DNA from: Moorellales bacterium | GTDB lineage: Bacteria > Bacillota > DSM-521 > Neomoorellales > SLTJ01 | Assembly (NCBI GenBank): GCA_049719955.1 | Contig: JBNARC010000003.1 | Location: 9,953-73,952, forward strand | Direction: 5' to 3' | DNA length: 64,000 nt | In this document: one piece after another, positions 19,668 to 29,453 of the stretch | How the letters are laid out: every line of letters starts with the position of its first letter | Position numbering within the stretch: position 1 is the first letter of the stretch | The notes under the pieces: model-generated | The model's input: the letters and a program-made list of their open reading frames with translations, nothing else | Told to the model about the DNA's origin: nothing | Databases searched by the model: none | Made by a program: the position numbers and the translations under genes

Positions 19668-19933
19668 CACTGGTTCTCCGGGCAGGCGGGTGCTCCCGCC
19701 ACGGAACAAAGTTATCACACCTATTTGGACATGGTGGGCGGCCGGGCCGACTTAAGGCGTCGCGGCCAAAAGCGCCCTGGCTGCGCACCCTTTCCTGCCG
19801 AAGACCAAGGTCCATCCTAGAAATGAGGTAGACCTGGCCGAAACCGACACAACCCGCCTGCCCACCCAGAACCTGCACGGCTCAACTGGCAAATCGAAAG
19901 TTGGCCCTCCAAAACTTCGGGCTGATGTTAGGA

Positions 19934-19970
19934 TTGAGCGGGAGCTTCGCTTATGCTAACATCATAAGCG
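19934..19970 (+). promoter_or_regulatory. Putative sigma-A promoter of the regulator with overlapping palindrome
   Basis: TTGAGC-17 bp-(TGc)TAACAT; inverted repeat CGCTTATG-N7-CATAAGCG (19948-19970) spans the -10. Confidence 0.5.
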
Positions 19971-20106
19971 GTTAGGTTAAAGACGGAAGGCGAGGTCCAA
20001 CGCTCTGAACGTCAGCGTACGGGCGGCGGTCCCAAATTGAATCGTAAGAGTTAACCTTCTAGCCTAGGTGGCACGGAAAGCGGCTACAGGGGCAAAGGAG
20101 GGTTTA

Positions 20107-22398
20107 ATGTTGGGCGTTGACCGAATGCCCGTGGTAGCTTCTGTTTCCGTATCCTTAAGCAAGGAAATACTCTCGGCTGTTCTGAATTGTATGGTAGAAG
20201 TTAACCGTATAATCTTGGAAAGTGGCAGCTTCGAGATGGCGCTTGAGCGTGTATTGGACACTGTGAGAAACGTGGTGGGCGCGGAGGGAGCCGCTCTCTT
20301 ACTCTATGACGAGGAGACGCGTTGTCTGGAGCTTCAACAGCCAGCCTTCGGGTTCTACGACGATCGGCTGGCGCAACTATATCGAGTTTCTATGGCGGAG
20401 GATACAATTGCTGTCAAGGTGTTCCAGAGCGGTGAACCGTTTATTTCTAACAATGTTCCCGCTGATCCTCGCTTTGTACAGCGAGTGGCGCCCATTGTAG
20501 GCGCCAGGACCAACCTGAGTGTGCCGGTCACGGTAGGCAGTAAGTGTATTGGAGTTTTTCATGTAATCAATAAGCCGGAAGGATTTAGCGAAAAGGATGC
20601 CGAGGTAACCACCTGGTTGGTATCCCAACTGGCCGTAGCCATAGCCAACGCTCGGTTGCTCAGCCGGGTGAGAGTTCAGGAGCAGCGCGCACGAGCTCTC
20701 TATGAGTTGGCCATGGAACTCAACCTGCGGGACGTGCGTGGTCTTGTGCGTCTGGTCGCCCAGAGACTTTGTGCCGTTCTTCGTTGCCCCCTGGCTGCGG
20801 TGGCTCTGGCCGAGTACGGGAACGATCGTAAGGGAAGGATAGCCGCAGATGTGGGGTTTAATGGTAGGCTCGTCGGGCGGATAGTCTCACTTGGCTCGGC
20901 TGAGGAGGAACTGAAGGACTTGGAGCGGGAACAGCTAAATCCATTGGAGCAAGAGGTGGCCCGCCTTGGCATGGTCATACAACTGAGCGTGCCCGTGCCC
21001 CCAGGGAGAGGGGGGCTAGGGAGGCTTTGGGTTTGGAGCGACCGGAAGCGACTGGTCCACCCTTCCGAGAGAGAGTTTGTCAGTTTGGTGGCCTATCTAC
21101 TGGGCATGGCAGTTCAAAACGCATCTCTTTACCAACAGGAAAGAGAGACAGCCAGCCGCCTTGATCGCTATCTACGGTTCCAACAACAACTCGTCAAGCT
21201 GGTATTAGAAGGTGGGGGCGTGCAGAGGATCACAAATGCCGTAGGTCGGTTTCTCGGGGCCAGGGTAGTGTTCGCCGACCACAGGTTGATGAAAAGGGCA
21301 TGGGCTCCAGTTGATTCCTCCCAGCTCCAAGAACTGGACGTTTCTTCCCTGCTCCGTACCTCGGGACAGGCCGTTTCCAAAGAGGCTATAAGTCGGAGTA
21401 CGAAACCACTTTCCGAAAGCGGTGAGACCGGCCAGGCCGTAGTTTCCACCATTGAGGCGGGTGGAAGGCTACTCGGTTATCTACTTGTTGTGCCTCCGGT
21501 GGCTCGAAAGACCGAGCTTGCCCCTGTGCTTAGCCTGGTGAGCCCTGTCTATGCCCTGGAAATGCTCAAAGAGTTGATTGCTTCTGAGGTCCAACAGAGT
21601 TTAGGCGAGGACTTCATGGGGAAACTCCTAAGCGGGAAGTATTCCGACGAGGAGGCGCTTCGCCGCGCCGAGAACCTGGGATACGATCTGAGAGGCCCAG
21701 TGGTGGCCATAGTCGTGGAACAGGTACCCGGTGGACAGGAGTCATCCGGCAATATTTCTTGGAGAGGCATTCTTGAAAAGCTACGGGACACTGTACAGCG
21801 TCTACAGGAGAGGGCTGTCTTGACCGTCGAGCAAGGCCGCTTGGTTGCAATAGTTCCTTGTCCCGGTGCGAACCAGTTGGGACAGCTTAGTCGACTACGG
21901 GGTTTTGCTACCCTTCTGAGGGAAGAGCTGAGCCGGTTAGCTGGAGTAGATGTGTATGTTGGTATCGGGCGGGTAGTCCACATCGTGAGCAAGGTCAGAA
22001 CTTCATTTCGGGATGCATGCTTTGTCTTGGAGTACCTTCGAAAGTTGTCTCCTCAGACGCGGGTACTCGCTTTCAGCGAACTCGGTATATGCCAGATACT
22101 ATCGTACGAAGGCGCTTCTGATAGCATTATGGAATTTGTGTACGAGCTTTTGGGCCCGGTCATGGAGATGGACCGCAACAGAGGAAGTGAATATCTGAAA
22201 ACGCTGGACCGCTATTACGCTGCCAATTGTAGTCTTAAGGGTGCCGCCGATGCCCTATACTGCCACGTGAACACCGTGCGTTATCGGCTAGAGCGAATTC
22301 AGAGTTTATTGCCCTTTAGCCTCGAAAGTGTGGAACACAGCTTGACCCTTCAGACGGCTCTCCGGTTATTGAAGTTCCGCCACCCCGATCTATTCTAG
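20107..22398 (+). CDS. GAF-domain PucR/CdaR-family transcriptional regulator
   Basis: Two GAF-like segments, central PucR-like region, C-terminal HTH AADALYCHVNTVRYRLERI; AAAGGAGG RBS before ATG 20107. Confidence 0.9.
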   Translation: MLGVDRMPVVASVSVSLSKEILSAVLNCMVEVNRIILESGSFEMALERVLDTVRNVVGAEGAALLLYDEETRCLELQQPAFGFYDDRLAQLYRVSMAEDTIAVKVFQSGEPFISNNVPADPRFVQRVAPIVGARTNLSVPVTVGSKCIGVFHVINKPEGFSEKDAEVTTWLVSQLAVAIANARLLSRVRVQEQRARALYELAMELNLRDVRGLVRLVAQRLCAVLRCPLAAVALAEYGNDRKGRIAADVGFNGRLVGRIVSLGSAEEELKDLEREQLNPLEQEVARLGMVIQLSVPVPPGRGGLGRLWVWSDRKRLVHPSEREFVSLVAYLLGMAVQNASLYQQERETASRLDRYLRFQQQLVKLVLEGGGVQRITNAVGRFLGARVVFADHRLMKRAWAPVDSSQLQELDVSSLLRTSGQAVSKEAISRSTKPLSESGETGQAVVSTIEAGGRLLGYLLVVPPVARKTELAPVLSLVSPVYALEMLKELIASEVQQSLGEDFMGKLLSGKYSDEEALRRAENLGYDLRGPVVAIVVEQVPGGQESSGNISWRGILEKLRDTVQRLQERAVLTVEQGRLVAIVPCPGANQLGQLSRLRGFATLLREELSRLAGVDVYVGIGRVVHIVSKVRTSFRDACFVLEYLRKLSPQTRVLAFSELGICQILSYEGASDSIMEFVYELLGPVMEMDRNRGSEYLKTLDRYYAANCSLKGAADALYCHVNTVRYRLERIQSLLPFSLESVEHSLTLQTALRLLKFRHPDLF

Positions 22399-22731
22399 TG
22401 GGTTATGTACTTGCCCTACACCCTCGGCCGTCCTCGGATGGGGTAGGGAGTGAAATTTCTTTTCGTGTACGGGTGGTCCCAGTCCGTGTCTACTGTGGTA
22501 AGGCACATCACCACGATTCATTCCTCTAGGCAGAACGTTTGCCGACAGTCATCCGCCGAAGGTACCGACCATAAGCGTAATCCGTGACGAACTGCACTGC
22601 CTTTGAGGCCCCGTTTCATGAGCTGTACGTCTTCTACAAAAACAATGGCAGGATTTTGGAGACCGCGAGGTCTTCAATAATAGTCGGGCCTCAATTTATC
22701 ATATAGAAAACAGAAAACTCAAGTAAGAGAA

Positions 22732-25224
22732 GTGAGAACTGTGGAAGCAAGCCTGGAAGAACTCGTTAGTGCGTATCGAGACCGTCAAGCGTCGCCTTTT
22801 GGTCTCAAGGCTTGTGGACGGCGGATCGTGGGGTGCCTGGGCCCGGACGTACCGGAAGAGATCTTGTACGCTGGTGGGTTCCTTCCAATAAGGGTATGTG
22901 GCGATCCGAAGGTGGGTGCAGAGGTGGCCGACCAGTATATGGAGCGAGCGTTCAACCCTCTTGTACGCTCGCAGTTCGGCCGCATTCTGGACGGTACTTA
23001 CTCCTATCTTGACTACCTTGTTGTGTCTAATTCTTCGGATATTCTTGTCCGCGCTTTCTACTATCTACGCTGTTTACGTGCCGAGGAACCTGATCTGCCC
23101 ATTCCCGAGCTCTACTTTTTCGATTTTCTCCATACTCCCTACCGTACCAGCGCCCTATACAACCGCGAACGCGTTCGTGAATTCTTGCGGACAGTGGAGA
23201 GCTGGCGCGGTCGCCCGGTTTCTCAGAAAGCCTTAAAAGGAGCAGTGGCGCTGTACCAGGAGAGCCGGCAGCTTGGGCGGAAGCTTGCCGACCTGCGGAA
23301 AGCCGAACCACCCCTAGTGAAGGGGTCAGAAGCGCTAGAGATTATCGGAGCCTCCATGTTCATGCCCCGGGATCGATACAATTCCCTGTTGACGGAATTT
23401 CTTGCCAGCGCCGAGCGACGCCCGGGTCTAGACGGGGTGCGGGTGTTTGTCACGGGCAGCACTCAGGACCATCCTTATTTCTACCAGATGGTGGAAGACT
23501 GCGGAGCGGTGATCGTAGGTGAGGACCACGACTGGGGGAACCGTCATCTGTGGGGGGACATCGATATATCCGCGGACGACCCCATAGATGCGATTGTGGA
23601 CTACTATTCACTGCGTCTACCGGCCAGTGCCGGATCTACGGTCTCCCGGCGGGTAGCGGCGCTGGTGGAGCAGGTCAGGTCCTGCCGGGCCCAAGCCGTA
23701 ATCTTCTTCATCCTGGAGTCGGACCTTGGCCCGGGCTGGGACCTTCCCGAGCAGCGCCGGGCGCTAGAAGCCATGGGTATACCGGTGCTGGTACTAGACC
23801 GCCAACCCTATCGATGGTTAGGTGGGGCGGAATTACGGGGGCAGGTAGAGGACTTCCTACAGGCCGTGCGGGGCGGAAAGCGGCAGTCGCTCGTATACGT
23901 GGCGGCCACCGAACGTGGCGGCTTCGCAGACGAACGGCCTCAGACGGGGCAAGGTACAGGCAGCCGGAAACTGCTCCGCTCGGCGGTGGAAGCTAGCGCC
24001 TACCAGCGGGAATGGTTCAAGAATTTGAGGGAGCGGGTAGCGCGAGGAGAACCCTTTGCCATTGTAAATGCCGACGTACCCCAAGAGATTTTCAGGGTCA
24101 TGGACATCCCTTATGTAGTGAACCAGTGGTGGGCGTCGCTCTGCTCGGCCAAGCAGTACTCGCCATACTATTTCGGTCTACTTCAGCAGAGAGGCTACGG
24201 CCAGGATCTTTGCCGCTACTGTTCCTTATCCCTGGCTTCGGCATTTGACCCGGAGCCGGACAAGGGGCCGTGGGGAGGATTACCCAGGCCTACGGTGGCG
24301 GTCGCGCGGCTAACCTGTGATGCTCAGGCCAAAATCTTTGACCTATGGTCGCGCGAATTAGGTATCCCGTTTTACCCGCTAGAGAACACCGTACCGCTGA
24401 TTACACCGGAAAAATGGTGGGAGAAGACTGCCAGGGATTGGGAGGAACTATTTGAAGCGCATAGGCTCGATTTAATGGTAGAGGAGTTAAAGGGCCTGAT
24501 CCGGTTTCTGGAAACTACCACGGGCAAAACCTTCAGCGAGACCCGCTTCCGGCGCATAATGGACCTGATCAACCAGCAAGAGGAGTATAATCTCTTGGCC
24601 CGCGACCTCATAGCCGAAACGGTGCCTGCCCCGGTGAGCGTGACGGACCAAATACCGAGCGTCATGATCCCGCAGTGGCACCGCGGGACCCCGTGGGCGG
24701 TAGAGGCGGCGAAGAAATTCTACGAGGAAGTAAGGGAGCGCGTGGAACGCGGGGAGGCTGCATGTCCGAACGAGCGGATCCGGTTGATGTGGTTGGGCAC
24801 AGGCCTGTGGTTTAATCTCGGTTTTTATCAGTATTTGGAGCAACGTTACGGTGCTGTGTTTGTTTGGTCCATATATCTGGCCCTGGCCGCCGACGGCTAC
24901 ATCCGGTACGGAGGCGACCCGCTCCGGGCACTGGCCAGCCGTTTTGTAGGCATGTCAGAGATGTTGCACATGCCCCCCTGGAACACCGACTGGTTTCTCA
25001 AGGAGGCGAAAAAGCATCGGATTGGAGGCGTAGTGCACCTGGTTTCAGGTAACTGCCCCCAGGCGGTCGAGGGATCGTACTTTATTAGGAAGAGGTTTGA
25101 AGAGGCAGGGATACCGGTGCTCGAGATCCGGGCGGATACCGTTGATGCCCGCGCCTGGGACCAATCGCGGATAATGGCAGAGGTAGAGTGGTTCATAGAA
25201 AACCGGTTGGGGGTGAAGCCGTAA
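22732..25224 (+). CDS. Fused two-domain 2-hydroxyacyl-CoA dehydratase / benzoyl-CoA reductase B-C family protein
   Basis: Two tandem HGD-D-like domains (VPEEILYAGG...GIPVLVLD; VPQEIFRVMDIP...LTCDAQ...GIPVLEIRAD) joined by a Gly-rich linker. Confidence 0.85.
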   Translation: MRTVEASLEELVSAYRDRQASPFGLKACGRRIVGCLGPDVPEEILYAGGFLPIRVCGDPKVGAEVADQYMERAFNPLVRSQFGRILDGTYSYLDYLVVSNSSDILVRAFYYLRCLRAEEPDLPIPELYFFDFLHTPYRTSALYNRERVREFLRTVESWRGRPVSQKALKGAVALYQESRQLGRKLADLRKAEPPLVKGSEALEIIGASMFMPRDRYNSLLTEFLASAERRPGLDGVRVFVTGSTQDHPYFYQMVEDCGAVIVGEDHDWGNRHLWGDIDISADDPIDAIVDYYSLRLPASAGSTVSRRVAALVEQVRSCRAQAVIFFILESDLGPGWDLPEQRRALEAMGIPVLVLDRQPYRWLGGAELRGQVEDFLQAVRGGKRQSLVYVAATERGGFADERPQTGQGTGSRKLLRSAVEASAYQREWFKNLRERVARGEPFAIVNADVPQEIFRVMDIPYVVNQWWASLCSAKQYSPYYFGLLQQRGYGQDLCRYCSLSLASAFDPEPDKGPWGGLPRPTVAVARLTCDAQAKIFDLWSRELGIPFYPLENTVPLITPEKWWEKTARDWEELFEAHRLDLMVEELKGLIRFLETTTGKTFSETRFRRIMDLINQQEEYNLLARDLIAETVPAPVSVTDQIPSVMIPQWHRGTPWAVEAAKKFYEEVRERVERGEAACPNERIRLMWLGTGLWFNLGFYQYLEQRYGAVFVWSIYLALAADGYIRYGGDPLRALASRFVGMSEMLHMPPWNTDWFLKEAKKHRIGGVVHLVSGNCPQAVEGSYFIRKRFEEAGIPVLEIRADTVDARAWDQSRIMAEVEWFIENRLGVKP

Positions 25225-26414
25225 TGGCAGCAGCACTGGAAGACGTGATAGTAGTAGACGTGACCCAATTTGAAGCGGGCACTGTGTGCACGGAAACCCT
25301 GGCCTGGCTGGGGGCAAAGGTGATCAAGGTGGAGCGGCCCAGAACTGGGGAACAGGGCCGGGCAGACCCCCACCACTTTGTGCTGCTCAACGCTAACAAG
25401 AAGTCCGTGACGCTGGACCTGAGGCATCCCGAAGGCAAGGCGCTCATGATGCGGCTGCTAGAGCGCGCTGATGTCTTTGTAGAGAACTTCCGCCCGGGTG
25501 CCATTGAACGGTTGGGATTTGGCTACGAAGTGGTACGCAACATTAATCCGCGAATAATCTTTGCCCAGATTAAGGGCTTCGGCAGCGATGGGCCCTACGC
25601 CAGGTTCCCGGCCTTTGACTCCATAGGCCAGGCAACAGGGGGCCTGGCCAGCATCACCGGTGAACCGGACGGCCCTCCGTTGCATGCCGGAGCCAACATA
25701 GCCGATAGCGGCACGGGTATTCATTGCGTAATTGGCATCCTCGCTGCCCTATATCAAAGGACGAGAACCGGAGTGGGCCAGAGGATCGAGGTGGCAATGC
25801 AGGATGTAGTGATAAACTTTTGCCGTTCCTCTTACGGGTGGCAGGCCATGACCGGAGAACCAGCTCCTCGCGTAGGCAACGGTATGCCCATGATGCCGGT
25901 TGCACCTTGTGGAGCCTACCCCTGTCGTCCGGGAGGGCCTAACGATTACATCTTTATTTACGTCTCGCGTTGGCCGGGCAGCAAGCAGTGGGAGCGGCTA
26001 TTGGAGGTGATGGGCCGCACCGATCTCCTATCCGATGCGCGTTTTGCCACTCCGGAGTCGCGGTACGAGTACCGGGCGGAATTGGACGAGATAATTAGTT
26101 CCTGGACCCGGCAAAAGACTAAAGTGGAGGCTATGGAGGAACTGGGGCGCGCAGGGGTGCCGGCGGGTGCGGCTTTTAGTACCGTGGAACTCTCTGCTGA
26201 TCCCTATCTGCGAAGCAGAGGAATGTTTGTGGACGTAGAATATCCGGGCCTCGGCTCGATTACCGTCCCAGGCTTTCCGCTAAAGATGTCGGGGTCTTTT
26301 GTACCCATCACCCCGGCGCCATTACTCGGGCAGCACAATCAGGAAGTATACGAAGGAATGCTCGGCATTTCTCCAGAGGAACTTGAACGGCTGCACAATG
26401 CCGGGGTCATTTGA
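25224..26414 (+). CDS. Family III (CaiB/BaiF, formyl-CoA transferase-like) CoA-transferase
   Basis: LAWLGAKVIKVERP, NANKKSVTLDL, DVFVENFRPG, catalytic Asp region GANIADSGTG, APLLGQHN; TAATG overlap with the upstream gene. Confidence 0.92.
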   Translation: MAAALEDVIVVDVTQFEAGTVCTETLAWLGAKVIKVERPRTGEQGRADPHHFVLLNANKKSVTLDLRHPEGKALMMRLLERADVFVENFRPGAIERLGFGYEVVRNINPRIIFAQIKGFGSDGPYARFPAFDSIGQATGGLASITGEPDGPPLHAGANIADSGTGIHCVIGILAALYQRTRTGVGQRIEVAMQDVVINFCRSSYGWQAMTGEPAPRVGNGMPMMPVAPCGAYPCRPGGPNDYIFIYVSRWPGSKQWERLLEVMGRTDLLSDARFATPESRYEYRAELDEIISSWTRQKTKVEAMEELGRAGVPAGAAFSTVELSADPYLRSRGMFVDVEYPGLGSITVPGFPLKMSGSFVPITPAPLLGQHNQEVYEGMLGISPEELERLHNAGVI

Positions 26415-26473
26415 GGGAAGGATGGAGTTGGCTCTTGGTGGTGGGCTTGACCAATCAACGAGGAGGTAACGCG

Positions 26474-27580
26474 ATGTCGGCTCTGAGCCTCCTAGCCGTT
26501 GGTGACGTCATTCTGGGGGCCAACGGGGAATGGCTTCTCAGCCTTGCTGCTCCTGTACTTCATGAGGCAGACGTCGTGGTTGGCCAGCTGGAAGTACCCT
26601 ATACCAAGAGAGATCCGGAGGCGTTGGCCCTAGAGCGTGAACCGGATAACTTGGCCGCGCTAGTCTCTTCAGGATTCGACGTGTTGACTCTTGCCAGCAA
26701 CCATCTTTGGGATGCCGGGCGGGCGGGGATAGAGGATACTCTGGCCTGGCTTAGGGCTCACAACCTTGGCTTTGTGGGCGCGGGAATGAATCTCTACGAG
26801 GCAAGACAACCCTGGATCGTGGAACGGAAAGGTACGCGGTTTGGTTTCTTGGCCTATAACTGCGTGGGTCCAAGGGAAACCTGGGCCACGCCTCGCCGTC
26901 CGGGTTGCGCTTACGTGCACATTATCACCCATTACGAATTAGACCATGCCACGCCCGGCGGACCTCCGGCCATTTATACCTGGGCCGAGCCCGCTAGCCT
27001 AGAAAACATGTGTGCGGACATTCGGAACCTGCGTTCATCATGCGATGTATTGGTGGTTTCATTGCACAAAGGCATAGGGCATACGCGTGCCAAGCTCGCT
27101 GCGTATGAATATCAAGTTTCCCATGCGGCCATAGAAGCGGGAGCCGACATCGTCCTAGCGCATCACGCCCATATGCTGAGAGGTGTCGAGGTATATAAGC
27201 AAAAAGCGATCTTCCATGGGCTGGGCAACTTTGCAGTCTTCCTGCCAAGCTCGGCCCTTGGTTCAGATGAGGATCCACAATCTTGGGCCCGGAGAAGAAA
27301 GGAGTTGTTCGGGTTCGAGCCTGATCCAGAATGCCCTACCTACCCGTTCCACCGCGAGGCGAGATATACCATTATCGCGAAATTCCTGGTGAAGGAGGGC
27401 AGGATATTCCGTGCCGGTTTCCTTCCTTGCTTGATCAACAGGTATGGCCAGCCGGTGGTTGTACCGCGAAAGGAGGGAGGCCAAGAGGTTTTTGATTACA
27501 TGGAGGCTATTTCTAGGGAGGCAGGCCTAGATACCAAGTATGGATGGGAAAAAGACGAGATTGTTGTCGGACTCAGGTAG
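26474..27580 (+). CDS. CapA/PGA_cap family metallophosphoesterase-fold protein 1
   Basis: AVGD, GQLE, LASNH, SLHKG, AHHAH, GLGNF motifs; AGGAGG RBS before ATG 26474; no signal peptide. Confidence 0.87.
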   Translation: MSALSLLAVGDVILGANGEWLLSLAAPVLHEADVVVGQLEVPYTKRDPEALALEREPDNLAALVSSGFDVLTLASNHLWDAGRAGIEDTLAWLRAHNLGFVGAGMNLYEARQPWIVERKGTRFGFLAYNCVGPRETWATPRRPGCAYVHIITHYELDHATPGGPPAIYTWAEPASLENMCADIRNLRSSCDVLVVSLHKGIGHTRAKLAAYEYQVSHAAIEAGADIVLAHHAHMLRGVEVYKQKAIFHGLGNFAVFLPSSALGSDEDPQSWARRRKELFGFEPDPECPTYPFHREARYTIIAKFLVKEGRIFRAGFLPCLINRYGQPVVVPRKEGGQEVFDYMEAISREAGLDTKYGWEKDEIVVGLR

Positions 27581-27660
27581 TTCTTTTCCAGTGTGATTAG
27601 TTTGACTTGGCTATACTGAGCGGTCTATGACGCCAAACACAAGGGTTAGGAGGGAATTGT

Positions 27661-28767
27661 ATGCCGCGACGGAAAAATATGCCACGGCGGAAAGCAAGCC
27701 AAATAGTTTCATGGGTACTGCTGCTGGCTGTGGGTCTTCTCTTCTTGGCGGGCGGTTGCGCCAAGTCCGAGACCATTTCGCCGGCACCGGGTGAGCAGCA
27801 GGAACAGCGGCAGCAGCCGCAGCAGGCGCCGATCGAGTTAACGTATGGTTCCATCCAGTCTGCATCTCACCATTATTCCAAGGCAGACCAGGCATGGATC
27901 GATAAGATCCACAAGGAGACCGGGGGGCGCGTCCGCATTACGCCGTATTGGGACGGCACCCTGATCAGCCCGGAAGAAAGTGTAGCCGAGCTCCTCCAAG
28001 GAGTAGCTGACATCGGTTATCTGGCGCCAGGCTACAGTAAAGCGGGCTTTGAAATCCATAAGGGTACCCTAGGATTCTACTACGGTATTCCGGGTTACGA
28101 CGATAGGCTACGAATATACGCAGAAACTACGGCCAAGTTTCCCCAAATTGAAGGAGAGTTTGCTGGGATTAAAATCCTGTGCAGATCCGTAGGGTCGACT
28201 TACCAACTCATCAGCACGAAGCCCGTGAGGGAATTGAAGGACATGCGAGGTTTGAAGATAAAGGGCACAGGCGTATATAACGAGGTAATCAAAGCCTTGG
28301 GAGCAACACCGGTCTCCATGCCCATGACCGAGGTGTACATGGCGCTGGATAAGGGAACCATTGACGCCTGCTTAGCACCCTATGAGACCCTGAAGGGCTT
28401 CAAGTTTGCGGAGGTTGCAAAATATGTTACTGTCTTGAACCTTGCCGGTTCTGTTTATCCGACGCGAGGTATGAACATGAAGAGCTGGGAAAAGCTACCT
28501 CCAGATATTCAGAAGATCTTTGAGGACAATATTGAATTTTGGTCTAACGAAGACAAGAAGTGGAGAGCGGCCGTTGATGATGAAGGGATAGCGTTTGGCA
28601 AGGCACAAGGGGTCGAGTTTATTGAGTTGTCGCCTGCGGATCAGCAGAAATTGGAGGAAGTCGTAGGAAACGTAATGAAAAAAGAGGCGGAAAAGTTGGA
28701 TGCGCTAGGCCTACCCGGAACGGCCATATTCCAAGAGGTCCGCCGCATTGCCGATACGCTGAGGTAG
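27661..28767 (+). CDS. dctP: TRAP transporter substrate-binding lipoprotein DctP (copy 1)
   Basis: Lipobox LAGGC, ETGGRV, LGATPVSMPMTEVYMALDKGTID, WEKLPPDIQK. Confidence 0.9.
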   Translation: MPRRKNMPRRKASQIVSWVLLLAVGLLFLAGGCAKSETISPAPGEQQEQRQQPQQAPIELTYGSIQSASHHYSKADQAWIDKIHKETGGRVRITPYWDGTLISPEESVAELLQGVADIGYLAPGYSKAGFEIHKGTLGFYYGIPGYDDRLRIYAETTAKFPQIEGEFAGIKILCRSVGSTYQLISTKPVRELKDMRGLKIKGTGVYNEVIKALGATPVSMPMTEVYMALDKGTIDACLAPYETLKGFKFAEVAKYVTVLNLAGSVYPTRGMNMKSWEKLPPDIQKIFEDNIEFWSNEDKKWRAAVDDEGIAFGKAQGVEFIELSPADQQKLEEVVGNVMKKEAEKLDALGLPGTAIFQEVRRIADTLR

Positions 28768-28967
28768 CGAGAGGCATTAACGGGTGGGGGGAGGGGGGTG
28801 GGGGCTCTTCTCAGAGGGCTACCCGCCCCCGGTTCCTGCAATTTCTCGTTGCTGCTAGGTACGCGCGAGGGACGCGATTTCTACAAATCAGGGGGACGTT
28901 CTGTCTCGGTCCTTTAGTAAGGCTCGGTCTTGGCGATCAGAACACGCGTAAGGAGGACGGGAGCGGA

Positions 28968-29453
28968 TTGTCACTAATTAAACTGGTTAAGCATGGTGAC
29001 AAAGTAGGAGGGTGGATAGGGCTAGTCTTCATACTGGCAGCGATGGCCGTCACCGTGGTAGCCATTCTATTACGTTTCATTAAGATTGGCTTCCCAGGAA
29101 GCTATGACCTGACCGAGATGTTTACAGTTGCGGCAGTAGGCTTTGCCCTCTTTCGAGCCACACTGGAAAAAGGACATGTTACGATGACGCTACTCGTGGA
29201 ACGCCTGCCACGACGCTTTCAGATAATCTCCGAGAGGTTCGCCTGGCTGGTCACTCTTGGCGTGTGGGCTCTGGTCGCCTGGGCAGCCTTGGACATCGCC
29301 TTGGAGAGAGGGTTGGGTGAGCGCACGGTCGGCGTATCTATCCCCTGCCTTCCGTTTCGGGTTCTTTGGCTATGTGGCCTATTGCTTCTGTGCGTCGCCG
29401 CCTTGGTGAACTTCATTGAGAGTATAAGGGTGAAGGGGGGGCACGACGAGTGA
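28968..29453 (+). CDS. dctQ: TRAP transporter small permease DctQ (copy 1)
   Basis: 4 TM helices, PGSYDLTE, GHVTMTLLVERLP. Confidence 0.88.
   Translation: MSLIKLVKHGDKVGGWIGLVFILAAMAVTVVAILLRFIKIGFPGSYDLTEMFTVAAVGFALFRATLEKGHVTMTLLVERLPRRFQIISERFAWLVTLGVWALVAWAALDIALERGLGERTVGVSIPCLPFRVLWLCGLLLLCVAALVNFIESIRVKGGHDE

Noticed and set aside
22732-25224. Functional class I benzoyl-CoA reductase
   Set aside because: No BcrA/BcrD ATPase subunits or ring-cleavage genes in the window, and the N-domain cysteines appear lost.
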